Notes: generated by a model from the sequence alone, not told the origin. Numbered from the stretch's first letter, positions 11,195 through 27,275 are shown. The stretch: DNA of 64,000 bases from Chrysomallon squamiferum (GCA_012295275.1 CM022666.1:15500001-15564000); one strand, 5' to 3'. Numbers and translations are program-made.

Positions 11195-11363
11195 ATTCAA
11201 CGTAGTATCCTAATAGTCAACATTTCATGTAGTATCCTAATATTCAACGTTTCATGTAGTATCCTAATATTCAATTTGATGTAGTATCCTAATATTCAAC
11301 ATTTCATGTGGTATCCTAATAGTCAACCTTTCATGTAGTATCCTAATAATATTCAACATTTCA
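11195..11363 (+). repeat. 27-bp minisatellite (catttcatgtagtatcctaatattcaa)n
   Basis: About 6 copies, each with the gtagtatcctaata core. Confidence 0.9.
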
Positions 11364-11468
11364 CACATTATCATATATTGGAGATTTAAAGTATTGATAT
11401 TCTGTAAGACATTTCATCCTTATTCATGTAGTTTTCATTATTTTATTTTATAAGTATTATTATTATTA

Positions 11469-11499
<31 letters not shown>

Positions 11500-12484
11500 A
11501 TTACAACTAAATATTGTATGTGTATATATCTATAATTTATCTATCTAAAATGTTATTTTATTTACTTACTGAATTTATTTGAATTATAATCCCAAAACGA
11601 CAATGTATATTTATATTTGATTTCTGTAAGACTGCCATATTTAATGAATGATCGATTTCTGTATTTATTTATCAATAACAACAATTGTGATAACTAACTG
11701 AAGAAATAAAATTTTAAACTTATTCATTTATTTATTTATTTTTTTTATTTCTTATTTATTTATTTTATTTTATTTAATTAGTTTGTTTATTTATTTCTAG
11801 CATATATTGATTTATCTTGCTCAATTTGGATAATATTAAAATTACTCGTCTTTGTATTAGATTTTTTTTTTTTTCTTTGGCAACGTCTATTAACAATAAC
11901 GCATAGAACTTAACAATTTAAAAACTAGAAGAAAAAAGAGACTTCTAATCAAGAAAAACAAACAAACAAACAATCAAACAAACAAACAATAAAAAATAAA
12001 TATTTAAAAAGTTATTGGTACATCGAGGCAGACACTCAGTGAAACAGCTGAAATAACTCAGTATTTTCCACAAACAACACACTTCTAGTTAGCAACCATC
12101 TTTTATTGCAATATAAAATTAAAAAACAAAACAAAAACAAAACGTAGATATATATATAAATATAAAATATTATAAATATAACGGTCCTCTTTCTTTCCAT
12201 CTCCCTAAAACAATTAAAATGTTTTTATTTTTGAAGAGAACATGAACTAAACTCAGAACAAACGGTCAAACATGTGAATTTTATATAACACGCACAAACT
12301 TAAAAGTATGTTTGTTACCAGCAGAGTTCAGTATTGAGTTGCGATTGTAAGTATGTGGAAAGGAAATAAGATTGAATCGTCTGATGTCGTTTACATTATA
12401 TACAGGAGCAGCATTCAATACCTCTACAACGTGAGATTTAAACTGGCATGTAACGTCAACATACACATTTCAGATTAGTTAAGA

Positions 12485-12850
12485 AAGCTGGTAGCTGGAT
12501 TCGATCCTCAGTACGTAAGACTTGAATTAACCAATGTTTAGTGGCTAACAGCCATATTCTAGTATATCACGTCATTTTAAAACAAACAAACAAACAAACA
12601 GCGTCAATCGATTTCAGAACTTAAATGAACAAAGTCAACTGGTTATGAATAACATTCTGGCGTATCTTAGTAATTTCTAACTACATCTAGTACTTTGCAG
12701 TAGTAGCTGGATTCGAGCCCCTGTACGTAAGAAACCTAAATTTAACCACGTGGATTGGCAAACACAATATTAAGGCATATCATATCGACATAAACATTTT
12801 TAAAGGGAACTATGTAAGCTGGTAGCTGGATTCGATCCCCAGTACGCATA
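12485..12850 (+). repeat. Three degenerate copies of a tRNA T-arm/B-box-like motif
   Basis: gtagctggattcgatcctcagtacg (~12491), gtagctggattcgagcccctgtacg (~12703), gtagctggattcgatccccagtacg (~12822). No full cloverleaf. Confidence 0.6.
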
Positions 12851-13389
12851 CATTGTAGTATACCACATCAACACACACATTTCAGACTGGGTCTAGCTGA
12901 GGTGATATCTGTGTTTTTGCGTTCAATACTTCACAGTACATACACAGTTAATCACAGTTTATAACCAGCAGAGAGGCAAGAATCATCAAACTGTGAAAAC
13001 AATCTCTTTGGTCCACTTTACGTCCATATTCTGAATCTGAAAATTAAATAAATAAATAAATAAACAAACAAACGAACGAACGAACGAACGAACAAACGAA
13101 AGAACGAACAAACAAACTCACAAATAAACAAAAACAAATAAATAAATAACTGGATGCAGTAGAGTTATCTTTTCAATCAGCTGGGCATTAGTGACTGAAT
13201 TGTATATGTATGCATGTGTGTATGTTTGTGCTTGTGTATGTATGTGTGTTTAGTAAAGATATTATCTATTTTATTTTTATTTTATTAGATGTCAGGGAAT
13301 GTTTGGATACAACTCAATACCTGTGAATATAAAACATACAACAAAGAGAGAGGCAGGGACGAAAATGCAAAGATAACAGAGACGAAGCA

Positions 13390-13686
13390 GAAGAAGAAGA
13401 AGAAGAAGAAGAAGAAGAAGAAGAAGAAGACAACGAAGAAGAAGAAGAAGACGACAACGAAGAAGAAGAAGAAGAATAGCTAATATAAAATACAGACACT
13501 GATATACTCATTTCACACATCATTCACCACACACACACATACACACACACGCACGCACACACACACATACACAAACATGCACACACACTAACACACACAT
13601 ATCACACACATATATACACACACGTACAGACACACACACACATCACACACATACTCACACACGTACAGACACTGACACACGTACAG

Positions 13687-13717
<31 letters not shown>

Positions 13718-13720
13718 AAC
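13390..13720 (+). repeat. (GAA)n followed by imperfect (CA)n
   Basis: gaa run at ~13390-13476, ca-rich run at ~13527-13720. Confidence 0.95.
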
Positions 13721-14057
13721 TATGATTACTGCAAATTTCTGACGTTATCAAAGCAGCACAGTGTAATTCAAGTTGTCACGCACTCGATATACCGCTAACA
13801 ATAACGTGCATCATTTGAATTCCATCCCCAGTGCTTGTATCACACTATTGATTCCCCGAGTCACCGCTGTAATACTGACCTAGTGCCGTGAGATACGTAA
13901 TTTTATAGCACAGGCCTACAGTGATGTAAACAAACACTATCCGCACTCATCTGAAGTCAGCAACATTTTCAATGTCTGACTCATCTGTGACACGCCTCAC
14001 GCACTGTGTTTATTTATAGTGCTGTGAGTAACGCATGCACGTGATGTCACAAGGTCT

Positions 14058-14266
14058 GTTCTTGTCAGTGCACCACGACTGATTGTCAAAGGTTGCCGTA
14101 TTGCTGTGTATGGGTAGGCGCACATATATAAACGTTTCTTGCTGCTAATAAACAAAAGAGGCGTTCTCTTGCTTTTTAATCTATATGGTTCTTAACGTTA
14201 TGACGTCATAAACAATAACGTACTGGAAAAGAGGTTGACAAGAGTTTCAACTAAAGACAGTTCTTC
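14058..14266 (+). mobile_element. Degenerate SINE fragment (Meta/MESC-core-like)
   Basis: cagtgcaccacgactg...catatataaacgtttcttgctgctaataaacaaaagag resembles, in reverse complement, 39950-40000 and 59125-59180 in this window. The family name is from memory of gastropod SINE cores (catataaaagatcccttgctgctaa) and is unverified. Confidence 0.45.
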
Positions 14267-14314
14267 TTTGTTATGATGAGTGAATACATCTGTTTGCTAT
14301 TAGATAGTAGCTGA

Positions 14315-14796
<482 letters not shown>

Positions 14797-16239
14797 ACAT
14801 TCCACTGTAATGCACACACGTGAACCCACACATACATCACACGCGCAGAACGCATTTAAAACGCCCTACCTCGGCGGCCGTCTGCGCATGAACAAGAGTC
14901 GGATTGTTTCTGTCTCTCCACCTTTGAGAAATTCAGAAAAACGAAGAGTGGCGGACGCTTTGAAGTGAGCTCTAGCCGCGATGAAGTCAGCCACCGCCAA
15001 ACTGTATCTTCCGTTCCAAATCAGGTCCCGCACGTGCCCGAGACAGGCTCCAAAATCGTCTGCGCTGTTTCGTTTCAGATTGCCCATGTTCATATCCGGT
15101 TCCGGCAGCAGGAACTCTCCGCTAAAAAGTCCGTTTATGTAATCTTTAATTACGTGCCAGAATATTTCCAGTTCTAGATTATTCCATTCGGGTTCTGTCT
15201 CCATTTCCCCGAGAAAACCGATCTGAGGTGTGTTACTGAACTTCAAGGAAACGTTTTCGTCAAAAATGAATTATGCAAGTTTTGTTTCCTGAGACTCAGT
15301 TCCATGGCACGAGTGAAAGTTTTCCTCGAAATCGATCGTCCGCACAGCTGTGAAGTGATCCCGTATTTCTGAAGTCAAATGAAATATTAAACCGTAAACA
15401 GCCGAGCCAATAAGTAACAACTTAAGAAAAACTTTGAATTATAGTTTATAAAATTATGTTCTCAGTCCAATTTCTACTTCAGTAAAAGTTATCACAATAC
15501 CTGATTTTAATTCTATATACACAAATATCTATATCTATATCTGTATATAGATATGTTTCAACATTTCTTTAACCAAATCCGCATTTGTTGAATAAAACAA
15601 ATTTGTTTCTTAGCATCCAGTTTTCCGTTACAACAAATGACGCCAATTTAATAAATATGGAAAGAATTCCGACTGTCGGAGGTTAAATACATCTTAACCA
15701 GACTCTGGTAATATACGTTACGTCATCTCTAAACATAATCAGTTTGTAACACTCCACGACACTTTAATGACGTCAGTAATTTGAAACTGACTACGGAACA
15801 CTCGTACCTCCCTGTATAAACGACGTTGTGTTTGCTGTGTCTGTTTCGACGTTTCATTTGAACGTTGCTCCACAAAGAAAATATTTACGCACTTACAATG
15901 GGATATAGAACTCCACGCACGAGTAAGTCGGTCAAACTCGGCTGCTGCTTTTGTGTCGAGACTTTTCGTGTCGTTTCCGCGCGCTTGTATCTGACCCGAC
16001 GACACTCGGTCAGTTTTCGTGTACTTTTGTTACCTGTTGATAGACCGTCTCAATAAGCGCTGACCGCTGAGTAAAGCAAGAAATCTCCGTGACGTCATTT
16101 CAGAAAGACTGTGCTCAACATTAATGTCAATGTGTTTAACCGATTTTCTCCTTCTCTCTCTTTCTGTCTATCTCTCACTCACTCTTTCTATATCACTCAA
16201 TCGCTTCCTCTCTTTTTCTGTTTGTCTCTCTCCCTCCCT

Positions 16240-16319
<80 letters not shown>

Positions 16320-16367
16320 GCCTGCCTGTCTCTCATTCACTCCCTCTTTCTCTGTCTCTCAGTCATT

Positions 16368-16431
<64 letters not shown>

Positions 16432-16728
16432 TATTTATTTATTTATTTATTTATTTATATACTATAGTCACAGCTAGGATACTCTTACAGTGATATTCGA
16501 TCCTGTAACAAGTCAGCAGTTGTCGTGGTGTTTGTTAAACAGTCTCACGTGAAACATATCAGTAACTGAATCAAAGATTGTTTTTTTGTTATTCGACCCA
16601 TCTTCGTGTTCCGGCCACAGTATCGTGCTCGGAAATCACCTGATCAAGAAACATATACGTAAATTAGCCGACCACGTGCCTAGACAATTTATCACGAGGC
16701 TCTTTCTGAGACTCGATAGCTATTCCAG

Positions 16729-17942
<1,214 letters not shown>

Positions 17943-18122
17943 TGTCTGTCTGTCTGTCTGGCTTGTATCTACAAACGCATACATCAGTAAAACAGACACA
18001 CACACACACAAACATAAGCATGCGTGTGTATCTGCATCACTTTGAATGTTATGAAGTTCACGCGTTTGGTATCGCAATACTTTTTGTAACTCATTGAAAA
18101 TATATTTAGTTCGTATGTTATG

Positions 18123-18230
18123 ATGTAACTCAAGTATACTACTTGTTATTCAAGTTTACTATATGTAACTCAGATAGACTACATGTAACTCAAGTTTGCT
18201 ACCGGTTACTGATGTACACTATACGTAACC
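18123..18230 (+). repeat. Degenerate 20-bp minisatellite (atgtaactcaagtatactac)n
   Basis: 5-6 copies in a 20-nt register. Confidence 0.75.
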
Positions 18231-18745
18231 GCCTATTATAAAACTAATGAAGCTTTGGCACCAGAGCCCATAATCCTGGGCAGACCCCAGAAACTACTTT
18301 AGTCCACACTGCTAGAAATCTTGTATCTATTTTTTAAATTTCCCTTTAAATTTTGAAAATAATTTTATTGTGATCTGTCATGGAACAGTCCCATTGAAGA
18401 AGATAACCGTTTTCTGCTTCCAGCGGGTCCGCATAACACACTGTTTGTAAGTTAGCTTGTTATTACGTAGTTTACTATTTGTAAAAACGATTACTCAGTT
18501 CGTCTAGGTTTTGTCCGATGACTATCAAAGTTTCAGCTACATTTCGACGACTATTTTACTGCTGTAATTCTACTGAAAGTACGTCTACCATGCGCTGTGT
18601 AAATTTTATAAATTATTTAGACATATAATTATGTGAACAGAAATAATTAAATTACTGCTATTACTACCAGTACTATTACTACTATTATTGCTATCATTGT
18701 CACTAATACTACAACGTTGCACCACCAGTACTACTGCTACTACTG

Positions 18746-18780
<35 letters not shown>

Positions 18781-18958
18781 TCCATTAATAACAATAATAC
18801 TAACCAATAAAGAAAAATAAAATAAGAAAAAGACAAAACGTTACCGATGTTCCTTTGCATGATGCATTGTGACGTAATAATGGTCTGACGTAATCAGAGT
18901 AATCTGAAAACAGTACCATCCGTGGAAAAGAGATACGATAGAGGCTGCTTACCATAGT

Positions 18959-18989
<31 letters not shown>

Positions 18990-21612
18990 TTGTTGTTGTT
19001 GTTGTTAATATTACTGATGTTATTATTATTGTTGTTGTGGTTGTTATTGTTACTGATGTTGTTATTATTATTGTTGTTGCTGTTATTGGTGTTATTGTTG
19101 TTGCTGTTGTTGTTATTACATTACCTGGTTTTCATACAACACTGATGGAGCACTGGTTGGAATGAGCAATGGTCTTATACGGAGTCAGCCTGTAACAGTT
19201 AAACCCTTAAGAAGAGTTAATAACAAGATATTAATCTCATCCCACTTGTAAATACTGCCTGCTAAATACAGGTGCAATTGGTAAAAGAGATGATTTACTA
19301 CGTTAAAAAAAAAAAATAATAATAATAATAAATAAAGTAAAAAAAAAAAAATAAAATAATAAAAAATAAATAAATAAAAATAAAAATAATGTAATAAACA
19401 AGGAAATAAAAAATATGTAATATCAGGCATCCATTGTTTAGGTAAAGCAAAAAAAAAAAAAAAAATTAAAATTAAAATTAAAAAAGACCACGAAAAACCT
19501 CACAACAACAAATAAACACGAAAAACCTCACAACAAATAAACATACAAATATAGGGGTCGGCCTTCCATAGTTTACGTATAAAGAAAGAAATACAAAAAT
19601 AAATAAAAACAACGACATTAAAAATGATGATGACAACAGTAATAATAAGCCTCTAAATTGGAAGATAATGAACCAGACGTCAGTGATGTCGCTTTTACGT
19701 AAAACAGGAGCCAATATTTCCCACCTGTCAAGTCGTTACATTCTTACTTAATGTACCAGGTGAAAATACCTCGATAGACTGAGTAAAGAAGCGAAATCGT
19801 ATACTCGGTCTGTCATGTATATTTCCTTTTCTTGATTAATAAGTAATATTTATAATTGCGATGTTCATAGATAGAGAGATAGATAGAGACAAACAGAGTT
19901 ACAGACAGACAGACAGATAGATAGAGAGATGGTGTGACGAATATGATAATCTCGTCTTTGTTTAACGCAAAATCTATGAAACTGTGTTTCATTAGATACA
20001 TTTCCTTTACTTACACAAACTAAATATATTTTAATACGGTACTAATTTGTATTTGTATATTATCTTGAAATTATCTAGTTTCTATATATAAAATAGAGAA
20101 AAGATAAAATAATGACAAATATAAAAATAAATGTATATTAATAATTACAATAAACTGCCTTTAACTTCCGATATATGCATAGAACGTCCGGTGTTAGAGT
20201 TCAAGGTCAGATCTGGTTTTCTGGAAAGAAAATGTAGATACATATTTTACTGTCACAATTTAAAACTGATGAATCCTTTTCATAGTGTTGAACATGAAAA
20301 CAAATACATTAAGCTTTGGCATCGGGACAGATAGATAGACAGACACACAGACAGACAGACAGACAGACAGATAGACAGATAGATAGTGGGAAAGAGAAAG
20401 AAAGAAGAGAGAGATTTTTTAATTTTCTTTTGTAAAAGAATATTTTCTTCTTAATATTTTGAGCTACAAGAAAGATAATCGATAATTAAAACCAATATTT
20501 TATTGTTATTATTATTATTAGTAGTATTGTCATTGTTGCTGTTGCTACTGTCCTCTTTTAGTAAATATAAAATAAGAATGTGCAGATTATGACAGCAAAA
20601 TTGTTTTGCTATTTTATCTTGTTGAATTTAAATAAATAATGGCATTTAAAATAAATAATAATAACATATAATAAAATGAAATAAAATAAAATTAATGAAT
20701 GAATAAATGAATAAATAAATAAATAAATAAATAAATTTAAAAAATTAAAATAATAGTAATAACAACAACAATAAAAACAGCAATAATAATAATAATAATA
20801 AAATAAATAAACAAACAAACAAATTAAATAAATAAATAAAATAAAATAAAATAAAACAAAATAAAATAAAATAACATAAAATAAAATAAAACAAAATAAA
20901 ATAAAATAAAATAATAAAACAAAAATAAAATTAGAATCGTTACTGAACAACACGAAGGCAACATTAACACATCAGTTGTCTATCACGGCGCTCTGGCAGC
21001 GACGTTCCAGTCTCCACAACTACTCAGCACAAATGGCATTCAGCGTTTTTCCTTCACAAATTATATTTCAATCGGTCATTAAGTTTAAACCGCCTGTCAC
21101 CGAACTAACTCACTGAGGTTAGATTGTACACGGAGCTGGGTGGTAAGGCCCCCAGATCTCCTAGACCGGTACCTACAGTTTTATTAGAAACACTGGGATT
21201 TACGTTCCCTTTTTACCCCCACCTCGTTCACTGCAGAGCTCATAATCGTTTGCAGCAACCAGCTGGCGAGTTTATGTGTTCGAGGTAGGCGGCACCCTCC
21301 CGTAGTGGCTAATGTCGCCGAGTTAACACAATGTGAACGTCGGGGCCCACGTCACGTCAGAGACGAGCTTGTTGTTGCCACGATGGGAGATAACCCATTA
21401 ATCATGCAACATCAATAACGACGTCATTGCGTTATGGAGGTCGCCCATCGCGCGCGTCGGACGACAGCGACTGTAAACAAGCAGAAGAGATCTGCACTGA
21501 AGAATAGCCGCGGTTTTTAATGCAGGTTTTCACTTGTGTTATTCAACTCTGATTCACCTTCCAGGTAACAGCACTCGTAGAGGGAGGGAGGGAGGGAGAG
21601 AGAGAGAGGAGG

Positions 21613-21665
<53 letters not shown>

Positions 21666-21693
21666 TTTACGAGAATGTATTGTTTATATTTGA

Positions 21694-21699
<6 letters not shown>

Positions 21700-21731
<32 letters not shown>

Positions 21732-21783
21732 TACGTATGTATGCATGTAAGAGAGTACGTAAAGAATACACTGGTACACAACT
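21700..21783 (+). repeat. Short inverted duplication, copy A (partner 23161-23275)
   Basis: (TG)n-tacgtacgtatg..atgcatgtaagagagtacgtaaagaatacactggtacacaact is the reverse complement of 23161-23275. Confidence 0.9.
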
Positions 21784-22251
21784 CGTATATTTCCAACAAT
21801 GAAGAATACGTTTAATGTTTCTTCCTATTCTTCCTTTAGAAATAATCAGTGCTCAGATGTAGAAATATCGTCCTTCGTAACCATTCATTATTACTAAAAA
21901 AAAAAAAAGGCAAAAACATTACAAAAAGAATTAAAAAAAAAAAAAAAAAAAAAAAAGGCAAAAACGTTACAAAAAAAAAAAAAAAAAAAAAATAATAATA
22001 AAAAAAAAAAAAATTACGAAAAAAAAATCGTTAATCTTCTACTCAATTAAACTAATCGAGTCAGGATTTTTCATTATCATTTCCGAAAAGGAAATCTAAA
22101 AATATTTCAGATCATTTCAGAGGTCATCAGTCGTCTGGCCTGCTCGGAGAGGCATCCCACAGTCATCAAACTGGCGGGAAAAACGCAGACGACATCTCCC
22201 GCCTCGCCGGGCGACAGTCTCGATAAAGCAGACGGCACGACCGTGCTCCTA

Positions 22252-22265
22252 GCAGTAGGGGGCGC
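22252..22265 (+). promoter_or_regulatory. CTCF-like site
   Basis: GCAGTAGGGGGCGC matches the CCASYAGRKGGCRS core at 13 of 14 positions and lies in a CpG-rich island. Confidence 0.55.
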
Positions 22266-22817
22266 TGCTGGCTTGTTTGTTGCGACTTATCCATCCGTCT
22301 GAAAGCATACTGGGCTGAATGGCTCAGACTTCACAGGCCCAACAGAAGTAAATTTGATTTTCCACGAGACTGGGCAGCAGCAAACGCTTTGGTATTGAAA
22401 TGTTTTCCGAGTAAGCTGACACGATTTCTTCTCGGGGACGTGGGCACGAGCAGTCGATGACACGATGCTCCTGGGGTTGTGCCCAAGTCATGTAAACCGT
22501 GGATGACAGTTGTGTTTGGCATGCGAAGGAGAAAACGGCCACTGAGCCGAGCTAACGAACCGAGGATGTTTGATTAAGTCTACAGTTTGAAGTAGGAATT
22601 GCGGGTAATCGACATTTTGAAAGAGTGAGTCAAAATAAAATAAAAAAAAGAAAAGCTTTCGACCGCGACGAGATTTAGAATATAATCAAGTATGAAGTGA
22701 TACAAACACGGATTTGTCTGTATTAATTTGTCTGCATGCATATTTTTGTTCACATTAATGTGCAACTAACCGACATTGATTCCGCTAATTAAAAAGCAAA
22801 ACAGAACAATAATATAT

Positions 22818-22861
<44 letters not shown>

Positions 22862-23099
22862 GTAGAGAGATAGACAGATAGTTAAACGTATTTTACATTC
22901 ATAATCGCTACAGAATGGTCCACGCGTTTTTCCAGACCATAACAGAAATGCTTACACGAAATTTCTCAATCATCAACAGCTTCAACTGAACGTACTGATA
23001 ACACTGTATTCTTTAGACGGCAAATTTGTCTGGTAACAGAATAACACATGGAGACGTTTCGCCTTAGGATAACCCATAGCGTATACGGTTTAAATGTTG

Positions 23100-23133
<34 letters not shown>

Positions 23134-23160
23134 TCATTAAAGATAACCTTATTCCAAAAC

Positions 23161-23208
23161 AGTTGTGTACCAGTGTATTCTTTACGTACTCTCTTACATG
23201 CATACGTA

Positions 23209-23275
<67 letters not shown>
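23161..23275 (-). repeat. Short inverted duplication, copy B
   Basis: agttgtgtaccagtgtattctttacgtactctcttacatgcatacgtacgta(CA)n. Confidence 0.9.
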
Positions 23276-23278
<3 letters not shown>

Positions 23279-23444
23279 TTTACGAATCTTATCACATCAT
23301 TATGGATTTCTTTTAAGTAACAGCTGACGTTTAAAAGTCCTCGTAAACTCCGCTACCTCGCCAGACTCATTACTGAGCTGAGCGGAAGTAAGCTTTTCAG
23401 ATACGATTTTTTTAGTCATGGTTGTCTCAATTTAATTTAATTTT

Positions 23445-23481
<37 letters not shown>

Positions 23482-23784
23482 ATTAATAGTTTAGTAGATG
23501 ACAGAAGAGCCAGTTTAACTGTTTAACACTTTCCTGGTTTTGTTTTAACGCTCGTACACAACAAACTCAGTTCGTTCTAATTTTGTCAGTGATCACAAAA
23601 CAACTATTACAGGATTTCAGTCGCCGATAGTAGTCTGGCAGGAGTTCTCTCCCTTCGCTCGTTGCCGATACGAAACGAAACGACCCATTATTATTATTCT
23701 TCCAAATAGAACTTTAATTATTCATTTGTAAATAGTTCATTAAAACACTAAATGTTTAAAAAAAAAAAATATATATATACATAC

Positions 23785-23786
<2 letters not shown>

Positions 23787-23861
<75 letters not shown>

Positions 23862-23976
23862 AGAGAGAGGGGGAGAGAGAGAGAATGAGCGAGAGAGGGG
23901 TAGAGAGACTGAGAGAGAGGGGGAGAGGGGAGAGAGAGACAGACAGACAGACAGACAGAGAGAGAGAGAGACAGAC

Positions 23977-24072
<96 letters not shown>

Positions 24073-24402
24073 GTGTAAACTGTGTATAAAACTAATGTTT
24101 ACTTATGAGAGAAGTGTGACATTTACGACTTCACAAACACTGGCCTCGTTTTCAGCTGTAATTACTGTTGTGTATCACTCGTAATTAACCGACATCCTGT
24201 CACTGTTTTCACTTACACAGGTATGCAAGGCCAGCAGAAACTAAATAGTATCATTAGTCTTATTATTACTTTTATCATTATTACTACCACTACTACAACA
24301 ACAACTACTACTGTCTCTACTACTACTACTACTACTATTATTACTTTTTCTACAAAACTATCATCATCAGAGCATCATCATCATCATTGTTATTATTATT
24401 TA

Positions 24403-24439
<37 letters not shown>

Positions 24440-24556
24440 TATATTATTATTATTGTTGTTGTTGTTGTTGTTTTTTTGTTTAATATGGGTATAGGTAAAG
24501 CAAGAAGAGAATATTTTACGTCATAAATAAAAACTGCTAGAAATACGTATAAAACG

Positions 24557-24557
<1 letters not shown>
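23787..24557 (+). repeat. Inverted duplication, copy B (partner 16729-17936)
   Basis: See copy A. The spurious ORFs 16791-17180(-) and 24223-24483(+) translate almost identically. Confidence 0.92.
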
Positions 24558-24601
<44 letters not shown>

Positions 24602-24835
24602 AATAATTATATTTAATATATTTAATTTATATTTTTATTATAGCTTTTTCCCCAACCTTGTACTTATTTGGTCAGATGTACTTGGACTAATTCAGATTAT
24701 GTTAAATGAACGTCGACAGATATTTCTGTAGTTTGATTACCCGCTGTGAAAGCCCCTGGCTTGAAACTCGCGGTGATGCCGTAACTTTAAATGATTACTT
24801 TAAATATCTGTCAATAATAATAATAACAATATTAT

Positions 24836-24876
<41 letters not shown>

Positions 24877-24880
24877 ATAC

Positions 24881-24924
<44 letters not shown>

Positions 24925-25047
24925 CAACATCAAAACAAGGTAGAAGAAATCATCATGATCATTATCATTTATTTATTTATTTATTATTATTACTGTTGTT
25001 GTTATTATTATTTAATAAATATTCGAAATATCCATGGGACTGAACGT

Positions 25048-25161
<114 letters not shown>

Positions 25162-25162
25162 G

Positions 25163-25242
<80 letters not shown>

Positions 25243-26057
25243 AGTCTCTGCGTGTGACCTTTCTGTCTCTCTTCATTTCTTTCTTTCGTTCTTTCTGTGA
25301 ATCGTGTTCAACTGGCCACATTACATTTTTTTAAAACGGTTATTAACTCACCAATTACGACAATAAAAGTCTCGGTGAGAATTAATTAAACAAGTGTAAA
25401 ATTCAACGACAACTTTCTGTCGGCTGGAACAACGCGGTTCTTTTATTCTCCCCGCTTGCTCGACAAACAGAACATCTCACGTCTTTTGTGTGTCCCTTCT
25501 CCGTCACGTCTTTCATTATGGAACCTACACCGGTCGACTACTGTCGTTTGTTAACGGGGTGAAGAAAATAAATACCCTTAATAACGGACAAAATGCCCCG
25601 AGGAGATTTTCAATCGCTTATGGGATCTGCTTTTCATCACGCGGAGGTGGTCCGCGACAAAGAAACAAGCTCCGACCTCCATTTCTGCAGATTAAAGGTA
25701 AAAAAAATTACCCGAACAATTACCGTGTCGATAATGCCAGCACGGAAACACCCGAACATCGCCGATAAGGAAAAATAATCCTGACAGAGATGTAGATCGC
25801 GCCGATACGAGAAGCGCCTCCTGTCGGCGTTAGGTGTGAATTTTTTACACGAAGATGTGCGGAGATATCGGCCGCAGATGATGTGTATTTTGTTTGACAG
25901 ATTCGCAGATACGAATCGGAGGCTCGGCCGCGGGATCTTTTCATCGCGGGTTCAGGAAATCGTCTGCGGTTGTCTGGGGGGGTGGGGGTGGGGGTGGGAG
26001 GTTGGCCGGAAGCTGGTTAATCGCGTTCGACAAGCAATCAACTTGTTGTAGTCGCGT

Positions 26058-26092
<35 letters not shown>

Positions 26093-27082
26093 TCTGTGAT
26101 GTCCAGCGAAATGAAGTCCACGGCAAAGGGACAAAACAAACACACTGCACTTTAAAGAAGAACTTAATTGTCTCTCTCTGTCTGTCTTTCTTTCTTTCTT
26201 TCTCTCTTGTCTCTTTTTCTTTCTCTCTTGTCTCTTTTTCTATCTCTCTATCTCATCAAAAATAAATTGAATATATATATATATAAAAATTTTTTAAAAA
26301 AAGAAATACTGCTATTATTCAGGGATTTTTTTTTTTCGTTATGTATCTATCTTTTTTTCTGATTAATATTGCTGCTGCTGCTGCTGCTTTTGTTGTTGCT
26401 GTTATTATTATTATTGTTATCATCATCATTATCATAATTATGCTATAATTACAATAACAACAAAATTAAATGAAAGAAAAAATAAATAAAATAAAAAAGA
26501 AAGAAAGAAAGAGAGAAAGAGAGAAAAATAAATAAATTAATTAAAAAAGAAAAATCGATAGACATTTTGTTTCATACATTTAAGCGAATTTTTTATAATT
26601 TAGAAGATTTCTGTTACTATAATTACCACACACGCACACGCACAAACACACACACAAGAGTGAGATATTACCACTTAACTAACAAACGTCTTTTTGTGTA
26701 TCACAAATAACACTAACAAAACTCGCGTGTTCTAATTTTATTTGTAAAAACGTAACTTGTATTTTATAAAAATAGCCACGATTTTCTGAAGATGTATTTC
26801 TTTACTTTAAATCCGAATATACAAATCTCTTCTCTTTTTTTTTTGACATTTTAGTATATTGTATCAGAATGTCTGTCTGTCTGTCTGTATTTATGTCCGT
26901 CTCTGAGACTAGACAGTTATATTCCTAACAACACGTCTATTTTTTTCTTCTTCCTGAGTGGCTCCTTGTCTCTCTGTCTGTATTTGTTTATGTATGTATG
27001 TGTTTATATATGTGTATGTGTGTGTCCTTGTATATATATCTATTTAACTGTGCCTCTATCTCTCAATTTCTGTTTGTCTCTG

Positions 27083-27173
<91 letters not shown>

Positions 27174-27203
27174 GTTTCCCTCTCTCTCTCACACTCTCTT
27201 TCC

Positions 27204-27239
<36 letters not shown>

Positions 27240-27275
27240 TTCTGTTGTGTGTACAAACATATATACATACATACA

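Noticed and set aside
12485-12850. tRNA genes
   Set aside because: Only T-arm-like fragments are present, with no D arm, anticodon arm or acceptor stem.
14866-15246. 126-aa minus-strand ORF with a possible donor gag|gtaggg
   Set aside because: Non-ATG start, no recognisable domain and no partner exons. A length like this is plausible by chance in a higher-GC island.
20150-20390. Possible pearl/Helentron-type non-autonomous element remnant (tcaaggtca...(GACA)n)
   Set aside because: Too degenerate to define termini without a repeat library.
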